Assembly: GCF_006345805.1 (NCBI RefSeq)
Contig: NC_042997.1
Location: 4,774,001-4,838,000, forward strand
Length of the DNA stretch: 64,000 nt
Direction: 5' to 3'
Origin: Octopus sinensis
Taxonomy: Eukaryota
Below, one piece after another: positions 21,850-35,624 of the stretch (the stretch's first letter is position 1; each line of letters starts with the position of its first letter). Both the position numbers and the translations under genes were made by a program. The notes beneath the pieces are model-generated. The model did no database searches. It was not told the origin of the DNA and saw nothing but the letters and a program-made list of their open reading frames with translations.

Positions 21850-24170
21850 TGAAATATTTTCCACATAGTGCAAATAATGTATCGCTCATGACGGCGTTGT
21901 AGAGAATGGTTTCTGTTTAAGCCGAGCCCAATAATCAAGTCCTACCATGCCATGTATTATTTGAGTGATCGATCTTTGTGGCGGTTCAACCTATATTATG
22001 TCTCGTTTTTTTTTTTGTAAGGGGAGCATAATGGGCAGCAGTATTCGAGGTGGTGGCCTAGTGAATGTGGAGAAGAAAAGGAAGATGGTTTCATGATCCC
22101 TAGATTGAAAAGTTCTGATGATCCATTAGTACATTTTGCGGCCACATCGACTTACTGATGTTCATACTCCAGCTAAGGTTGCTGTCGACAGTTACTACGT
22201 CTCTGATATTATCCGAAGTTTCAAGCAAGTCTCTCCACGGTAGTGTGTATGGTTGTTTGAGTGTGCCCTCTTTTCCAAAGTGGACGAGCTAATTTTTTTC
22301 TTCGTCCAACTGCATATCATTTTTTCGTGCTCACTGGTTTACTGCCCATATGTCCGATTGAAGCATCGTACGATCATATACTCCCTTAATGACTTTCTGG
22401 AGCTGAGAGTCATGTGCAAATATTTAATGGTGCTATGTTTAATGGAATCTACAATGTCATTCATATAGATAATAAAAAGTGGACCCAGCACCGTACCCTG
22501 CGGGACTCCGCTGTTGACTTTTGCAGGTCTTGAGTGGATGTCATCAACCACAACATGCTGGGTTCTGTTTCTTAGGATGTACCTAATCCATTGAAGCAGC
22601 TTTCCACTTAAAAGTTTAATGTGGTTGACTCTGCCAAAGGCCTTGCTAAATTCAAGGTATATGACATCCGCGACGGAGCCCTCACTTAGTGCATTTAATA
22701 TGTCATCAAAGTGGCGGATGATCTGTGTTATACAGTCGCTCCCACCACGAAAACCATGCTGATTGCAATTTGGATCTGTTATTCTTGATCTCAGCACTCT
22801 CTCAAATACTTTGATGATATGTGACGTGAGTGATATTGGACAGTAGTTTACAGGGAGCGATTTATTACTCTTTTTAAAGACAGGAGAGAAGGTTTTTGTG
22901 AAGGTTTTTATCTGACTAGGAGAGGTTTTTTGGGGATAAAACTGACATCTAGTGATTTCCTCAAGAGATTTGCAAGAGGAACTGAAAATTGCTATCTGCA
23001 TTCCTTCAATACTATAGCAGGGAACCTGTCCGGACCCGCTGCTGTATCAGGTTTGATTTCTTATATTGCTGCTAGGATGTCAGTGGTGTCGAAGTTCATG
23101 TCGAAAAAGACATGTTATGGATTCATAGAAGCAAAGCTGCTTGAGTCAACTGAATCAGGGTCAATGAAAACAGAACAGCATTGACATTGCAGAATTTCAG
23201 CCATGTCATTGTCTTCACTGTGAAGGATACTGTTTCAGTCAACCAGTTGGCTGACAGAGGAAATTGTGGTCCTATGTGTTTTTGCAAAGGAGCAAATGGC
23301 CATGGCGTTATTAGTCATGTTTTTAATAACCCAGGCTTCCTCTGCAGCTCTACGGTCGTTTATGAGGGTTGTCATACAGTCCTGCCATTGTTGTTTCTTT
23401 GATTCCAAGAGTGCTAAGGTTCTCGATTAGAGGTTATGCTGATGGTGTTAATTTAAAGTATTGATCTTTCGGTTTTTTCCTTTTTATTCCCCTGATGAGC
23501 GCTATTCTTTGTTTTCGAATCCTGCATGTAATGTTATTTATGAGTAGTGTGTGTGTGTGTGTGTTTTGAGCATATGTGGGTGACTGTGTCATCAAATAGA
23601 TGCTATACGTTTCTATTTGATGTGATATTAGAGGAAGCAAGTGTGAAGGACCAGCCTACTTGCGATAAGTCCTGAGTGATCACACTCCAGTTTGACTTCT
23701 GTAACTTCATATTATCAAATGGGTGCACTGGAGTGAGTGGTTTATGCCAAATGTTTGGATGCTGAAAATTGAGTTTACACAGTACTATATCATGATCGAA
23801 CAAGATGGTTCTTTCCACTGTGATGTTATTGAATAGTGTTAGCATTGTTGCTTAGCACTCGGTCCAAGACAATTTAGTTGTTTCTATTTGGTTCATGGAT
23901 GTGTTGTTATAGGAAAAAGTTACCCATACATTTCAAAAATTAACTCTACTGCTGCTTTTTCTGAGCTTGAAGTGAAGGTACTTGGTCTAGCAATACTAGT
24001 GGATCAATCTACAAAGAGTAGGTAGAAGGTGACCATCATCAGAATATTTTCTGTATTACATTGCAGGAGGAAAGTTTTGATGCCGAGGCACTCTTCGAAA
24101 TAATGTAAGGGTATTTGTGGCGGTTTGTAGATCCCAATCACAGACAGGTATTTACACTTGCTGTATACAA
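21850..24170 (-). mobile_element. Decayed CR1-clade LINE (APE + RT)
   Basis: YKPP...(GDFN-like) at about 24000-24170; NYCPISLTSHIIKVFERV, NQHGFRGG, DVIYLEFSKAFGRVNH, SGVPQGTVLGPLF in ORF 22339-23001; LDYWARLK near 21900. Confidence 0.88.
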
Positions 24171-24254
24171 AGACTGATTCGCAGTAGTATTTATACATGT
24201 ATGTGTGCACGTACGCACATATACAGACATGTATATATTTGTACACATATCTAT

Positions 24255-24332
<78 letters not shown>

Positions 24333-24334
<2 letters not shown>

Positions 24335-24570
24335 TGGCTTAGGGGTTAGGGTCTCAGCATCATGATCGTAAGATTGCGGTTTCGTTTCCTGGACCGGGCG
24401 ACGCATTGTGTTCTTGAGCAAAAGACTTCATTTCACGTTGCTCCAGTCCACTCAGCTGGCAAAAATGTGTAACGCTGCGATGGACTGGTGTTCAGTCCAG
24501 CTGGAAAAGATATGCGCCATTGAAACCGGAAAACCGGGCCCATGAGCCTGGCTAGGCTTTAACAGGGCGC
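24333..24570 (+). mobile_element. tRNA-derived SINE (GGCTTAGTGGTTAGGG family), partial
   Basis: Homologous to the first 150 bp of 47469-47794. Confidence 0.8.
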
Positions 24571-26495
24571 ATCTATCATATATACATATATAAATTCCTG
24601 TACGATAGAATTTGTTTCGGTTTAATACTTGAATTCGAAGATTGTGGATATGAAATCGTATGTTTAAACAGATTCTATGTTATCATGGTGGTCGTGGTGG
24701 GGTTATTATGTCAGTAGTCATCATTTGTTCGAATTCCTCATTATTAATATTTTTATTTAACTACTTTTATTTAATTTGGACTAGAGTATTACTGCAGGAA
24801 CATACAAATTAGTTATCCGATCGATTGCTTGATTAATTATGCGATCACTGAATCAGCTACTTTCTTCTGATTCCTTTTCTAACGATTCGCAAACTCATGT
24901 TTCCGAGAACTGTGTCTCTTAGATTAAAATTACTATATTTACGGGAAGGCGAGAATTTCTGAGAGAACGACAGAGATAATTAAAAAATGTAACGTTCCTA
25001 TATCTCAGGCAATTTAGTTAGCGTATAGTAAGACAACAGCATAGCGCTGTTGGTATGGGGGACGAAATATGAAAGAAATTGTGGAGGTGGTAGTATGAGT
25101 TTTTGCACTTACGCGAGTGTGTACCAGTGAGTGTGTGTCAGTGCATGCCTGTAAGTCTTGATGAGGAGTCTCTCAATGTGTGAAACTTTGCTGAGTAGAG
25201 TAAATTATGGGCAGTTATTTCATCGATTTTGGCGGCCATATTATATCACTACTATAAGACATGAATACGCATAGTAAACAAAATTTACTAAGCAATAAAA
25301 TATATTCTGTTGTGTCTGGGGAGTCATTTTCTTTTTGTGCCTTAAAATGTTACACCCTCACCGGTAAAATTTCCACTTCTATCTTTTTTTTTAATTTCCT
25401 AAAATTTTCGTTGCGTCTTGCAACCTTTTCAATAGTCTTTACTCTAAAATATATGTTATGAATTTATTACCAGCTATAGCTTCTCAGCATATCGTGCTTG
25501 ATAAAATATTATACCAGTCGAGTACTGAGGTCACTTTTACTATGCTATGTATTTCACAACATTCGTGGTCCTCTAGAAGATAAGGAAATCAAAATTTACT
25601 ATTGCATTCTTGATTTGGTGTGATGATAATAATAATAAGGAGGAGGTGGAGGAGGCGTATAATGTTGGTGGCGCGATACTGTTGAGGGAACTATTGTTGA
25701 TAGTGATAATTGTATTTACAATAATGCATTCTGCGTTGTTCTATTATTTTATAATAATATAAACTTTAACAGTATATTTTTGTCTACCTGTATGCTATTT
25801 TATCACAGTAAGTCACATCTGTTTATTTACCGATAATCTGTTGTAGTATCCATTGTTATCCTTTGTATCATTTTTCTATTTCTACAAGATCCCACGTTTT
25901 CTCTGCAAAGGGTAAACTTATTTTTGCAAATAAAGCTGGGGGAAGAGCTTTCAGAATAATGTTAAATGTTTTCCGTAACTTTTATATGTTTACAATCTGC
26001 AATTCGCTATACAATTACATTATTATGTTTATAGCTGTAGTATCTAGTGTATTTATTTCTATTTTGTTATCTATTCTATTAAGTAGCATAGACATATTTG
26101 ATATTCAGTCTAAATCTTCCTTTGATTTCTCTTTCTCATTTTCTCCTTCAGAATGCTGCAGATTCTTATGTACTGACGAAAATAAGCCAACACAAGCAAG
26201 TATAACAGCAATTGCGGTTCTACTTGCCAAATTCCGCTTCACCAAAATAAGTGGAGAGTCAAGTTAACTGAAGATCTTTAGAAAACAAAGCAGTTAACTT
26301 TTACTGGTTTCTGAAGCAACCAATTCAAACTGTTTATGCTAAAATATATTTTCACGTACATGATATTGAATGCAAACCTAAATAAGATTTTTGCCTCTAT
26401 TTATAGTCTTCTTTAAAAGCTATCTTCACAGGGCATCTTCCCTATATTGATATACATATTTACCATGATAATATGCTATTATTATATAAGTTAAT

Positions 26496-26708
26496 AAGGC
26501 GGTGAGCTGGCAAAATCTTCACATTATTGGACAAAATTGTTAGCGGTATTTCGCCCGTCACTGCGTTCCGATTTCAAATTTGGCCATGTCAACTTGCCTT
26601 TCATAATTTTGGGGTCGATAAATCAAGCACCAGTGAAAGCTGGGGGTCGATATAATCGACTAGACTATTCCCCCAAAATTTCAGGCTTGTGACTATATTA
26701 GAAAGGAT
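26496..26708 (+). mobile_element. tRNA-derived SINE (GGCGGCGAGCTGGCAG family)
   Basis: Family head and TTTGGGGTCGATAAATCAAGCACCAG body. Confidence 0.8.
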
Positions 26709-28472
26709 TATTACACATGTTAATAATCAATTTCTACAGTATAGATATGAGTTATTTTTAGATTGATTGTTAAGTTGTTATAGACGATATTTTAGGATGC
26801 GCGGTATATGTTTGCGATATTAATACGTTTTTTCCTTCCAAAATGTAGATAACGTCTTACTATTTCATGTGTCTACTTACTATTTCATTAAAAGTTACTA
26901 TTATATAAGCAGTTATATTGATTTAACCAGTATTGTATGCATTACCGTTGTTCTCGCTTCCTAATATTTTAGGAGATTCTTTGCTGGGAATGGTGTTATT
27001 ATTATATTTTTTCAACTTTATATCTGATCCAATGTGCTTTTGTAGAGCACGTAATGGAGTTGTTCCATATGCCTTCTTAGTAGGTTTAGATTGTTATTGA
27101 TACTGGTGGGACCCCTGTTGTTCCCTTTTATACTTATGTATTTTCTTTTATTTGATTTAATTACCAAATTTCCCTGGAAAGAGCACGCGCGCATTTCAAT
27201 AAAACTTATTCCGAACTGTTTTATTCTTTTTGCTGGTAGATTTCTTTTGATATTCTCTGATGCATCCAACATGTAATAGCTTAAATGGTATTATTTTTTA
27301 ATTGAAACCATGCTTTTGTTTTTATGTAGATGCAATATGTACATACCAAGCAATGGGATTCCATTTTGTGTTGAATATTTTCTTTGCATTTTGGTGTTCA
27401 CTAGAAATCTATTTCATTTTCCTGATGCCTCAAAATTATCTGAGTTACACTGTAGATTAAATTATACTATTCCTAAGAAGTTGGATACTTAAACATAATT
27501 AAATATATGCCTGTGTAACCTTTATTTATTTTTTTGTAGAAATGCCTCCTTTTTATTTAAATATTTCAACTGCTTACAGCGAATCAGTTTACTTGATTCC
27601 AGTTTAGTCTCTTCTATTTCAGTTTCCTTACAGATGATTAAATACTCCTAGATGTTATTATCATTAGCACAACTAGTATGCATGTTGCATTGAGTGTCAT
27701 TATTCTTTTAATTTTAATGTTTGCTTCTAGACATACTTTACTTGTCCATGCATATTTGGTCCAAAGATTCTATATGTCACATATATAATGTCCAAACATT
27801 CTATATGTCACATACATAATGTAAAGTTATTTTTACGTTTGTATTGAAATCCGTATTTATTTCAATAAGTGTGAACGCACATATATAGCTTCCCTTTCTT
27901 TTTTAATTTCGATTTGTGGATGGTTATGTGGTTTCTAATTCGTCTTTTCTGCCTCGACTTATTGATTTGCAGTAAGCTTCATTTCATGCTTGCATTTATT
28001 ATTTCCGTAACTTCATTTTCGATGTGCTTAATTTTTAAACTGATGTACTTCAATTTTAGAGACTTTTTTATTGCCTAGTTTTATTTATAGATCTCCGTAC
28101 ATTCACATGTAATTCTGTATTGAAATGCCATAACTTTTTATAACTACGTAAATCATCGTCTTCTACAAACTTGTGTGATTTTTGTGATATGCAATGTAAG
28201 TACAACAATTCAATGCAGGTTCTTTTTGTTGAAAGCCTTCTTCTAATGAAATATTTATTTCAACGCTAAGACGCCGTTTCTGAGAAACAATTTATATTGA
28301 TTTATGGTTTGTAATTGTATTTGATAAGATGATCATATGTAAAATATTTTAATATACGTCCTTTCTCACCTGGCTGGGATTTTGCTACTGATTGATTTAT
28401 CGAAGGGCTCATATGATTTGGCTTTATTGGCTGCTGATAATTGAATGTGTTGCTTTCAGTTTGCTTTTACAT

Positions 28473-28860
28473 GTTTCAGTCATTTGACTGCGGCCATGCT
28501 GGAGCACCGCCTTTAGTTTGAGCAAATCGACCCCGGGACTTATTTTTTGTAAGCCCAGTACTTATTCAATCGGTATATTTTGCCGAACCGCTAAGTGACG
28601 GGGACGTAAACACACCAGCATCGGTTGTCAAGCAATGCTAGGGGTACAAACTCAGACACACAAACACATACACATACATACATATATATATATATATATA
28701 CATATATACGACAGGCTTCTTTCAGTTTCCCTCTACCAGATCCACTCACAAGGCTTTGGTTGGCCCGAGGCTGTAACAGAAGACACTTGCCCAAGATGCC
28801 ACGCAGTGGGACTGAACCCGGAACCATGTGGTTGATTAGCAAGCTACTTACCACACAGCC
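28473..28860 (-). mobile_element. tRNA-derived SINE (GGCTGTGTGGTAAG family)
   Basis: Minus strand GGCTGTGTGGTAAGTAGCTTG...GGTTCCGGGTTCAGTCCC, an internal TA tract and tail GGTGCTCCAGCATGGCCGCAGTC. Matches 35060-35455. Confidence 0.85.
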
Positions 28861-29949
28861 ACGTTTCGTTTTATTATTAGATTCACATTTCTTTCTTGTA
28901 ATTGTTGAAAATATATATAACATTCCAGGGGTAGTGGTACGTCTACTACTTATATTAATACTACTAATAGTAATAACAGTATTAATACGACGGCTGATCT
29001 TATTGTCTCTTTTTGTTGTTGATATATCAGAGATCTAGGTCCTGTTCAGCCTATCGCTCGGAAATTATTTAGCATTCTCTTTTCAAATGAATCGGTTGTA
29101 TTTCTTCATAAAATTGTCAGTAATATGATGGTTTAGTACCTCTGTATCTTCATTAATTACAGAATACATATTTTCCTTCAGTTTTATCAGTTGAGGCAAT
29201 CGTAAAGATTGGAAAAAATTTGGAGAACATTGAGGTATAATGGGAGAAGTGTTGGAAGAAAGATTACATCTATGTAGGAACAATGCCTTCAAGCGTTTCC
29301 TTGCCGAGTGAAAAATTGACAAAATAGCATTATACTTTCTGAAGAAATTTTACCGCAATATGTACATATACATGTGAAATTCACAAACGCAAACACACAC
29401 AAACCTCTGCGTGCCTACATACAATTCACACCTTGCAGACAAACAATTCAGAATAACACATTTTTACATATTCTGATGGATTATTTAAATTGAATTTTGC
29501 TCTCAAATTCCTGAAATAAAATAGTACATATATATATTAAAAACTTTCTAGGTAATCAATGCATGTTTATTATTATCAGAATGGGTTGCAACATATTCCC
29601 TGTTGTGATAATAAATAACAAAAATTTGATTTGCGGAAACTAAATTTTACCAGCCATGGTTTGTAAATTTCGACTGTCTCAGAGATAATCTCACCCGTTA
29701 TCTAAATACATGCAACCACTATATATTTTTACTCCAGCAAAAGGAAGCATCGCACAAATGTCGTTCAGTTTGCTCCGCCCCTCTCACTCAGCATCAAGAC
29801 TTGTGTAGAAAATATTTCGTTAGATTTCAGACCTTTCACTCACACATAAATACAAGCATTTACTTAACAGAGACAACCTAACAGACTCCTTTAATTGTGC
29901 ACCTAACATTAAAAGAAGCATGTTAACAAGTACCCACAGTTCAAGGGAT

Positions 29950-30470
29950 GAGGCAGGTTGCTCTTGCATAGTATATAATAACTGTCCAGTAGGAGGTCGA
30001 TGTGAGGCTGAAATTTTACCGAAAAATGGTGATACCTAAATCTGATATCCGCAATAACAGTAATGTACCATAAAAGAGCAATATTTTTAGCAGATTGTCA
30101 AATTCTCACGCCAGAACAATTGCCACGCCCAGAGATAATAACCCCTTCTCTTACCTACTGGGTTCGGATAATCAATTAATTTCCACAAGATGTCACATGA
30201 GCTCCCATGATCTTTGAGGTGCCATAAATGGCGGACCTGGGACGTGACAAACCGTCTTCCTGCGACTCTGAGAATGAATGGTGGTTAAGAAAACGTCGCT
30301 TGAACAAAGTACTCGCAGAACCATTATATGTACACACATGGGATGTGGCCCTATTCACACACCGTATATTATTGAAAGTGGCTGTTCTAAGATCTGTATC
30401 GCCAAAATTCTTAAGTTCTATAGAAAAAACTAGCGCATAAAACAGCCATTTTTTTCTAAATGTATTCACT
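29950..30470 (-). mobile_element. Decayed Hydra-type PLE GIY-YIG fragment
   Basis: TLFKRRFLNH then, in a shifted frame, LWHLKDHG..DILWKLI...GRGNC, homologous to the 2999-3952 endonuclease. Confidence 0.65.
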
Positions 30471-30766
30471 TCAAGCGTAACTTACTGGAAAGTTAGATCT
30501 CTCCATTTACTAGTTACTCCTCTCCGAGACCATAAGGGTTTCCCTTGCCTCCGATCCAGGAGAGATAGCACGTCTTCATTAACGTTTTTTATTGTTTCAG
30601 ACTTATTTCTCGGGTTCTTAGGGTTTCATCTAGTTTATGTCATATATTCTTATTTTAAAAATCATCTCTTTCTAATCGTTGAGAAGGCGTTGGTGTTGCC
30701 TTGCCGGATGTTTGCGCTCTGTGACTACACTTGTTATTATTATTATTTTTATTATTATTATTATTA

Positions 30767-30812
<46 letters not shown>

Positions 30813-30815
<3 letters not shown>

Positions 30816-31030
30816 GGTGAGCTGGCAGAAACTAGCACGCCGTTCGTAATGCCTTGCGGTATTTGGTCTGCTGTTACTTTCTGTGTTCAAATTCTGCCGA
30901 GGTCGACTTTGCCTTTTATCCTTTCGGGGTCGATTAAATAAGTACCAGCAACGCACTGGTGTCGATGTAATCGACTTAATCCTTTTGTCTGTCCTTGTTT
31001 AGTACCTTGTGGACGATAGAGAAATAAATT
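30813..31030 (+). mobile_element. tRNA-derived SINE (GGCGGCGAGCTGGCAG family) after (ATT)n
   Basis: Family head and body. Confidence 0.82.
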
Positions 31031-31675
31031 ATTAGTATTATGACTTCAATCGGTTTCATTCATCATCGTCCGATATAAATCTTCTAACAGAAGCCAGTCT
31101 CTTATAGACTTTAATCTATCAGTTGGAGCCATATAAGAGGTGGAAGATGATTACTGGAAAATAGACTGTTATTAGTTGCGAAAGGAATATCATTTGCACA
31201 ATGTGAGCAGTTTTTTTAAAAAATGGAACCTCTTACATCGCATGGCTTGTCCGGTAGCGGCTAGATTTGTGTGTGTAGCAGAGATGTGGACGTTGATTGC
31301 CTAATGTGCGTGTGTGCGTGCATCCATACACACACACACACACACGCACGCACACACACACATACACACACAAACACACACGCACAGGGAACGTATGAAT
31401 GCGAGAATGTGAATGTATTATTGCATGTTTGGATAAGTGTGTGCTTATGTATGCATGTGTAAGCGAGTGCGAGTGCATTAGTGACTGATACGGATGGATG
31501 CTTGTACGGGCGAGGGCATTAAGTGTGCACATATGGATGCGCGTACGTTTGGGTGAATATGTGTGTGAGTATATACACGCTTGATATTTTCGTTTGCGTG
31601 TGCATTATGGTGGCAAATGTCCTATTTATATATGTAGTTGCAAAACAGAGTGTGCGCATGCATGTAATTATGTTT

Positions 31676-31712
<37 letters not shown>

Positions 31713-32059
31713 TGCGTGCGAGTCTGTGTGTGTGCGTACGTGTATATATGTATGTAAATATGCTTTTGTCATTTATGTGTACGTGTGTGACAGAGGTAAG
31801 CGGGTGTGAAAGATGTAGACTTCAAGTTATAGGTGTGATGTATTCTAGTGTAATTTTGTGAACGTTTTAATCGGTTGGTTCTTTTGTATCTTTAGTATCT
31901 TTTGCAGTTTAACACAGTGTTTCATCGTATGCTTTTATCCTGTTATGTTGTAATCCCTCCTTCCGAAGGCCCTCTATTTTGCTAAGAAATTCACTAATAT
32001 CTTGATGTTAGGATTCACTAAGATCTTGATATCAGAATCATCATGAACTATAGAATGTT

Positions 32060-33300
32060 CGTGAGGATTCCCTTTGGGCCAGGAAAGATGGCGATCCACT
32101 CTCCGATGTTTCTATAAAGAGATACCAACGGTCCGAAATTGATGACCTCTTCAAGGTATTTGTATGGGATACCCTCAACAAACGTGCACATTCACTTAGG
32201 TCGGTCATTTATGAAGATGATGGACTGGTGCTCACTAGCTATATGAACGGCAAAGGCATGAACAAGATTAGGAAAGATCTAATAAAATATACTCAATGAA
32301 TATGGCCCGTCCTCAACAACTACTCCCAATATGACTATGGTCGACTGCCGTAGCGTTATCTTTAAATTGAATACGAGCAAGATCTATCGCTACAGGAAAT
32401 CCAACGAGGAAACTGTACACATACAACGAAGTTCTAGTCACCCAACTCTGTAATTAGAAGCTTAGTTTCATGTTTTAGTATAAAACTGTCCAAGCTGCCG
32501 GTCGATAGATAGATCTTTCATAGAGGCCCCCCCTCCCCAACGATGATTAATTGGCTAGGAGTAAATTTACCGATAATTTAAGATAACTGGAGGACCCACA
32601 ATTCCTTGCTCTTCAATCGAAGGGTATCAGGGACAGAAATATAAACTGGTTCAATCCGACATACAATTTGAGAGTTCTAACTAATGTAGATTGGGGCTTC
32701 CTATTGCTGATTACGCACTCGCCATATCAACACACATGTACTACAAACTCTTTAAACTGAATAAAGTGAAGGTGAGCTGTTTTTGCTTAGATAATATCGC
32801 TTCCAGTATTGCACTCTAAAACAGATTCAAATATGCATCTGTACGACCTTCAACCCCAAATTGTAACTTTCAAAGCCGTACTAGCTGTCCGTTAGGAGGA
32901 TCTTTTCTTTCAGAGGCTATGATTTCCAGAGCCAACCGCACATCATCCGATAACTTACAAGTGTCTACATGGGCATGACAGCCAGCAACTTTAAGGGGTT
33001 GGGATAAATGCAGAATATGCACTCTCAGATGCAGATATAAGGAGAATTCCACTTCTTTATCTCGCTTCCTCTGGAGGATCCAAAACCTGCGGAATGAAAA
33101 ACCCATATTCAAATAGACTGTCATCGACAAGGTACCACATTATCCACCGGGCAGCGCAACTGACAGCCGCACTCTGTGAAAGACAGCACATCATCCATCA
33201 ACATACGGTAATTACCAACAGGAAATATTAAATATCCTATTGCTACCGCAAACTGTATGCCAGCCAAGTGAAATTCAGACCACCGACTGCTGACTACTCA
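32060..33300 (+). mobile_element. Decayed Hydra-type PLE (RT C-terminus and GIY-YIG)
   Basis: YEDDGLVL...KIRKDLIK...TPNMTMVD...YRKSNEETVHI..SSHP (32200-32460); SCPLGG...VYMGMTASNFKG...LSRFLWRIQN (32880-33100). Confidence 0.75.
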
Positions 33301-34461
33301 AACACATCATCTTAGGATCGGCTGCACCCCAGCACGGTCGTCTCCGCAAGAAAGGACAAAGTTTCCAACAACCAAGCACTGAATCCACAATCACCAATAA
33401 CTACGAAGGCTGACCCACAAAATATTATTCAACCCATGCAAACCCCTAATTCTTCCTCTAAATATGCGTAATCCATACGTAAACACATACACACACAAGA
33501 ATCTATGTCCAAATACCCATATACCTCCCAAAGACACAGACACAGAGAACATTCCCTCATACGCGCATTCATACACGGGTGCACATAAACGCCCTCCCAC
33601 AGGCACACACGTACATACGCACGTGTATACACTCACATTCATACGTATACGCACTCACACCTCACACGCACACTCATGCATTCTTTCACGTAACAACACA
33701 AGCATACGTCACATCCGTATTCAAAATACCACATCTGTCACATTAACTTCTATGTTTCGCACCCGAACACTTAAACTACCAAAAGCATATATACGCACAT
33801 ACATACACACACTTACAGACATACATAAGCTCAGTCACACACACAGGGACACGCACACTTTCACATATATGTATTCTCAGTTACACATCTACACACATAA
33901 ACAACACATCTATACAATATCATACCTGCAAGCATAAACAACGAAAGTAAATATACGTGCACACATACACAAATACACGCACCAACATACACCCTTTGAA
34001 ACAGAAAGACAGACAAACACACACGCGCATACACACACATGTACATATTCGCTTTCGTACATTCACACACAAATGCAAAAGTGCACATACGTTCATGCAA
34101 ACATATCTCCGCACAAACTGCACGCATATGTAGCAAGCACTAACATATGCACATGCACATACATATATACGCATACGTTATCCATGCATCGAATAAATCC
34201 CTCACATTCAAGCTTTCATACCTTCCGTCTACATATGTAAGTACGTACACACAAGCACATTCGCCCACACACTCACCGGCTTCATGTCTGCTACGCCAAC
34301 ACACTTAAGCGCCACCAGCATTCTGTCAGACCACGCGGTTAAAGAAATATACCATTGAAAAGTAACTGAACTCGCTTGATATTGCTTTGAAAACTCTCTG
34401 TATCCCGCCTTGGTCACAGCAACATATTTTGCGGTAGCCAGCTTGGGCTACTTGTATTTCT

Positions 34462-34873
34462 TTTTTTTTTATTGCCCACAAGTGGCTAAACATAGAGGGA
34501 CAAACAAGGACAGACAAACGGATTAAGTCTATTACATCGACGCTAGTGCGTAGCTGGTACTTAATTTATGGACTCCGAAAGGATGAAAGGCAAAGTCGAC
34601 CTCGGCGGAATTTGAACTCAGAACAAACGGCAGACGAAATACTTATTTCTTTACTACCCACAAGGGGCTAAATACAGAGAGGACAAACAAAGACAGACAA
34701 ACGGATTAAGTCGATTATATCGACCCCAGTGTGTAACTGGTACTTATTTAATCGATCCCGAAAGGATGAAAGGTAAAGTCGACCTCGGCGGAATTTGAAC
34801 TGAGAACGTAGTGGCAGACGAATTACTGCTAAGCATGTCGCCCGGTGTGCTAACGTTTCAGCCAGCTCGCCGA
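34462..34873 (-). mobile_element. Dimeric SINE with 14-bp target-site duplication
   Basis: TSD CTACTTGTATTTCT at 34448-34461 and 34874-34887 flanks a full monomer plus a head-truncated second monomer. Confidence 0.88.
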
Positions 34874-35059
34874 CTACTTGTATTTCTCCTTTCGGTAACC
34901 CAAAATGTGAAATAGATGTGCTTTGATTAGAATCCTCAGAAACTCTATATCACATGGAACCGAATCAAACTGTTTTGAAATATAAATGTAACTCTTACTA
35001 AATGTGTTGAATATTTTTTTTTGTTTTTCGTTTCTTCACACACTCTTAGATATATCATA

Positions 35060-35455
35060 GGCGCGGTAGTGGCTGTGTGGGAAGTGGCTTGCTTACCAAC
35101 TACATGGTTCCGGAATCAGTTCCGCTACGTGGGAACTGGTGCAATTGCCTTCTACTATGGCATCGGGCTGATCAAAGACTTGTGAGTTGATCCGGTAGAC
35201 GAAAGCCGAAATACGCCCGACGTATATATACATATATATGTTGGTGGGAGTGCGTGTATATGTTTGTGCGTCTGCGTTGTTCTCCCCCAACATCGCTTGA
35301 CAACCAATTCTGGTGTTACGACCCCGTAACTTAGCGGTTTGGCAAAAATGAACGATAGAATAAGTACTGGGCTTACAAAGATTTAGTCCTGGGGTCGATT
35401 TCTTCGACTAAAGGCGGTGCCCCCAGCATGGCTGCAGTCACATGACTAAAACAAA
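35060..35455 (+). mobile_element. tRNA-derived SINE (GGCTGTGTGGTAAG family)
   Basis: Full head, internal TA tract and tail GGCGGTGCCCCAGCATGGCTGCAGTC. Confidence 0.85.
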
Positions 35456-35489
35456 CAACAGGAAAGAAAAGAAATAATATATATATACA

Positions 35490-35624
35490 CGAGAGGTTTC
35501 TCCCAGTTTCTGTCTACCAAATCCACTCACAAGGCTTTGGTCCTCCTGAGGCTGTAGTAGAAGACACTTGCCGATGGTGTTACGCAGTAGGTCTGAACCA
35601 GGAACCATGTGGTTGGGAAGCCAG
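35490..35624 (-). mobile_element. SINE 5' fragment, same family, opposite orientation
   Basis: AATCCACTCACAAGGCTTTGG...GAAGACACTTGCC...GGAACCATGTGGTTG as in 28735-28835. Confidence 0.75.

Noticed and set aside
30520-30564. Structured segment with GAAA and GTC on the minus strand
   Set aside because: There is no CUGANGA-like core, and it folds as simple hairpins.
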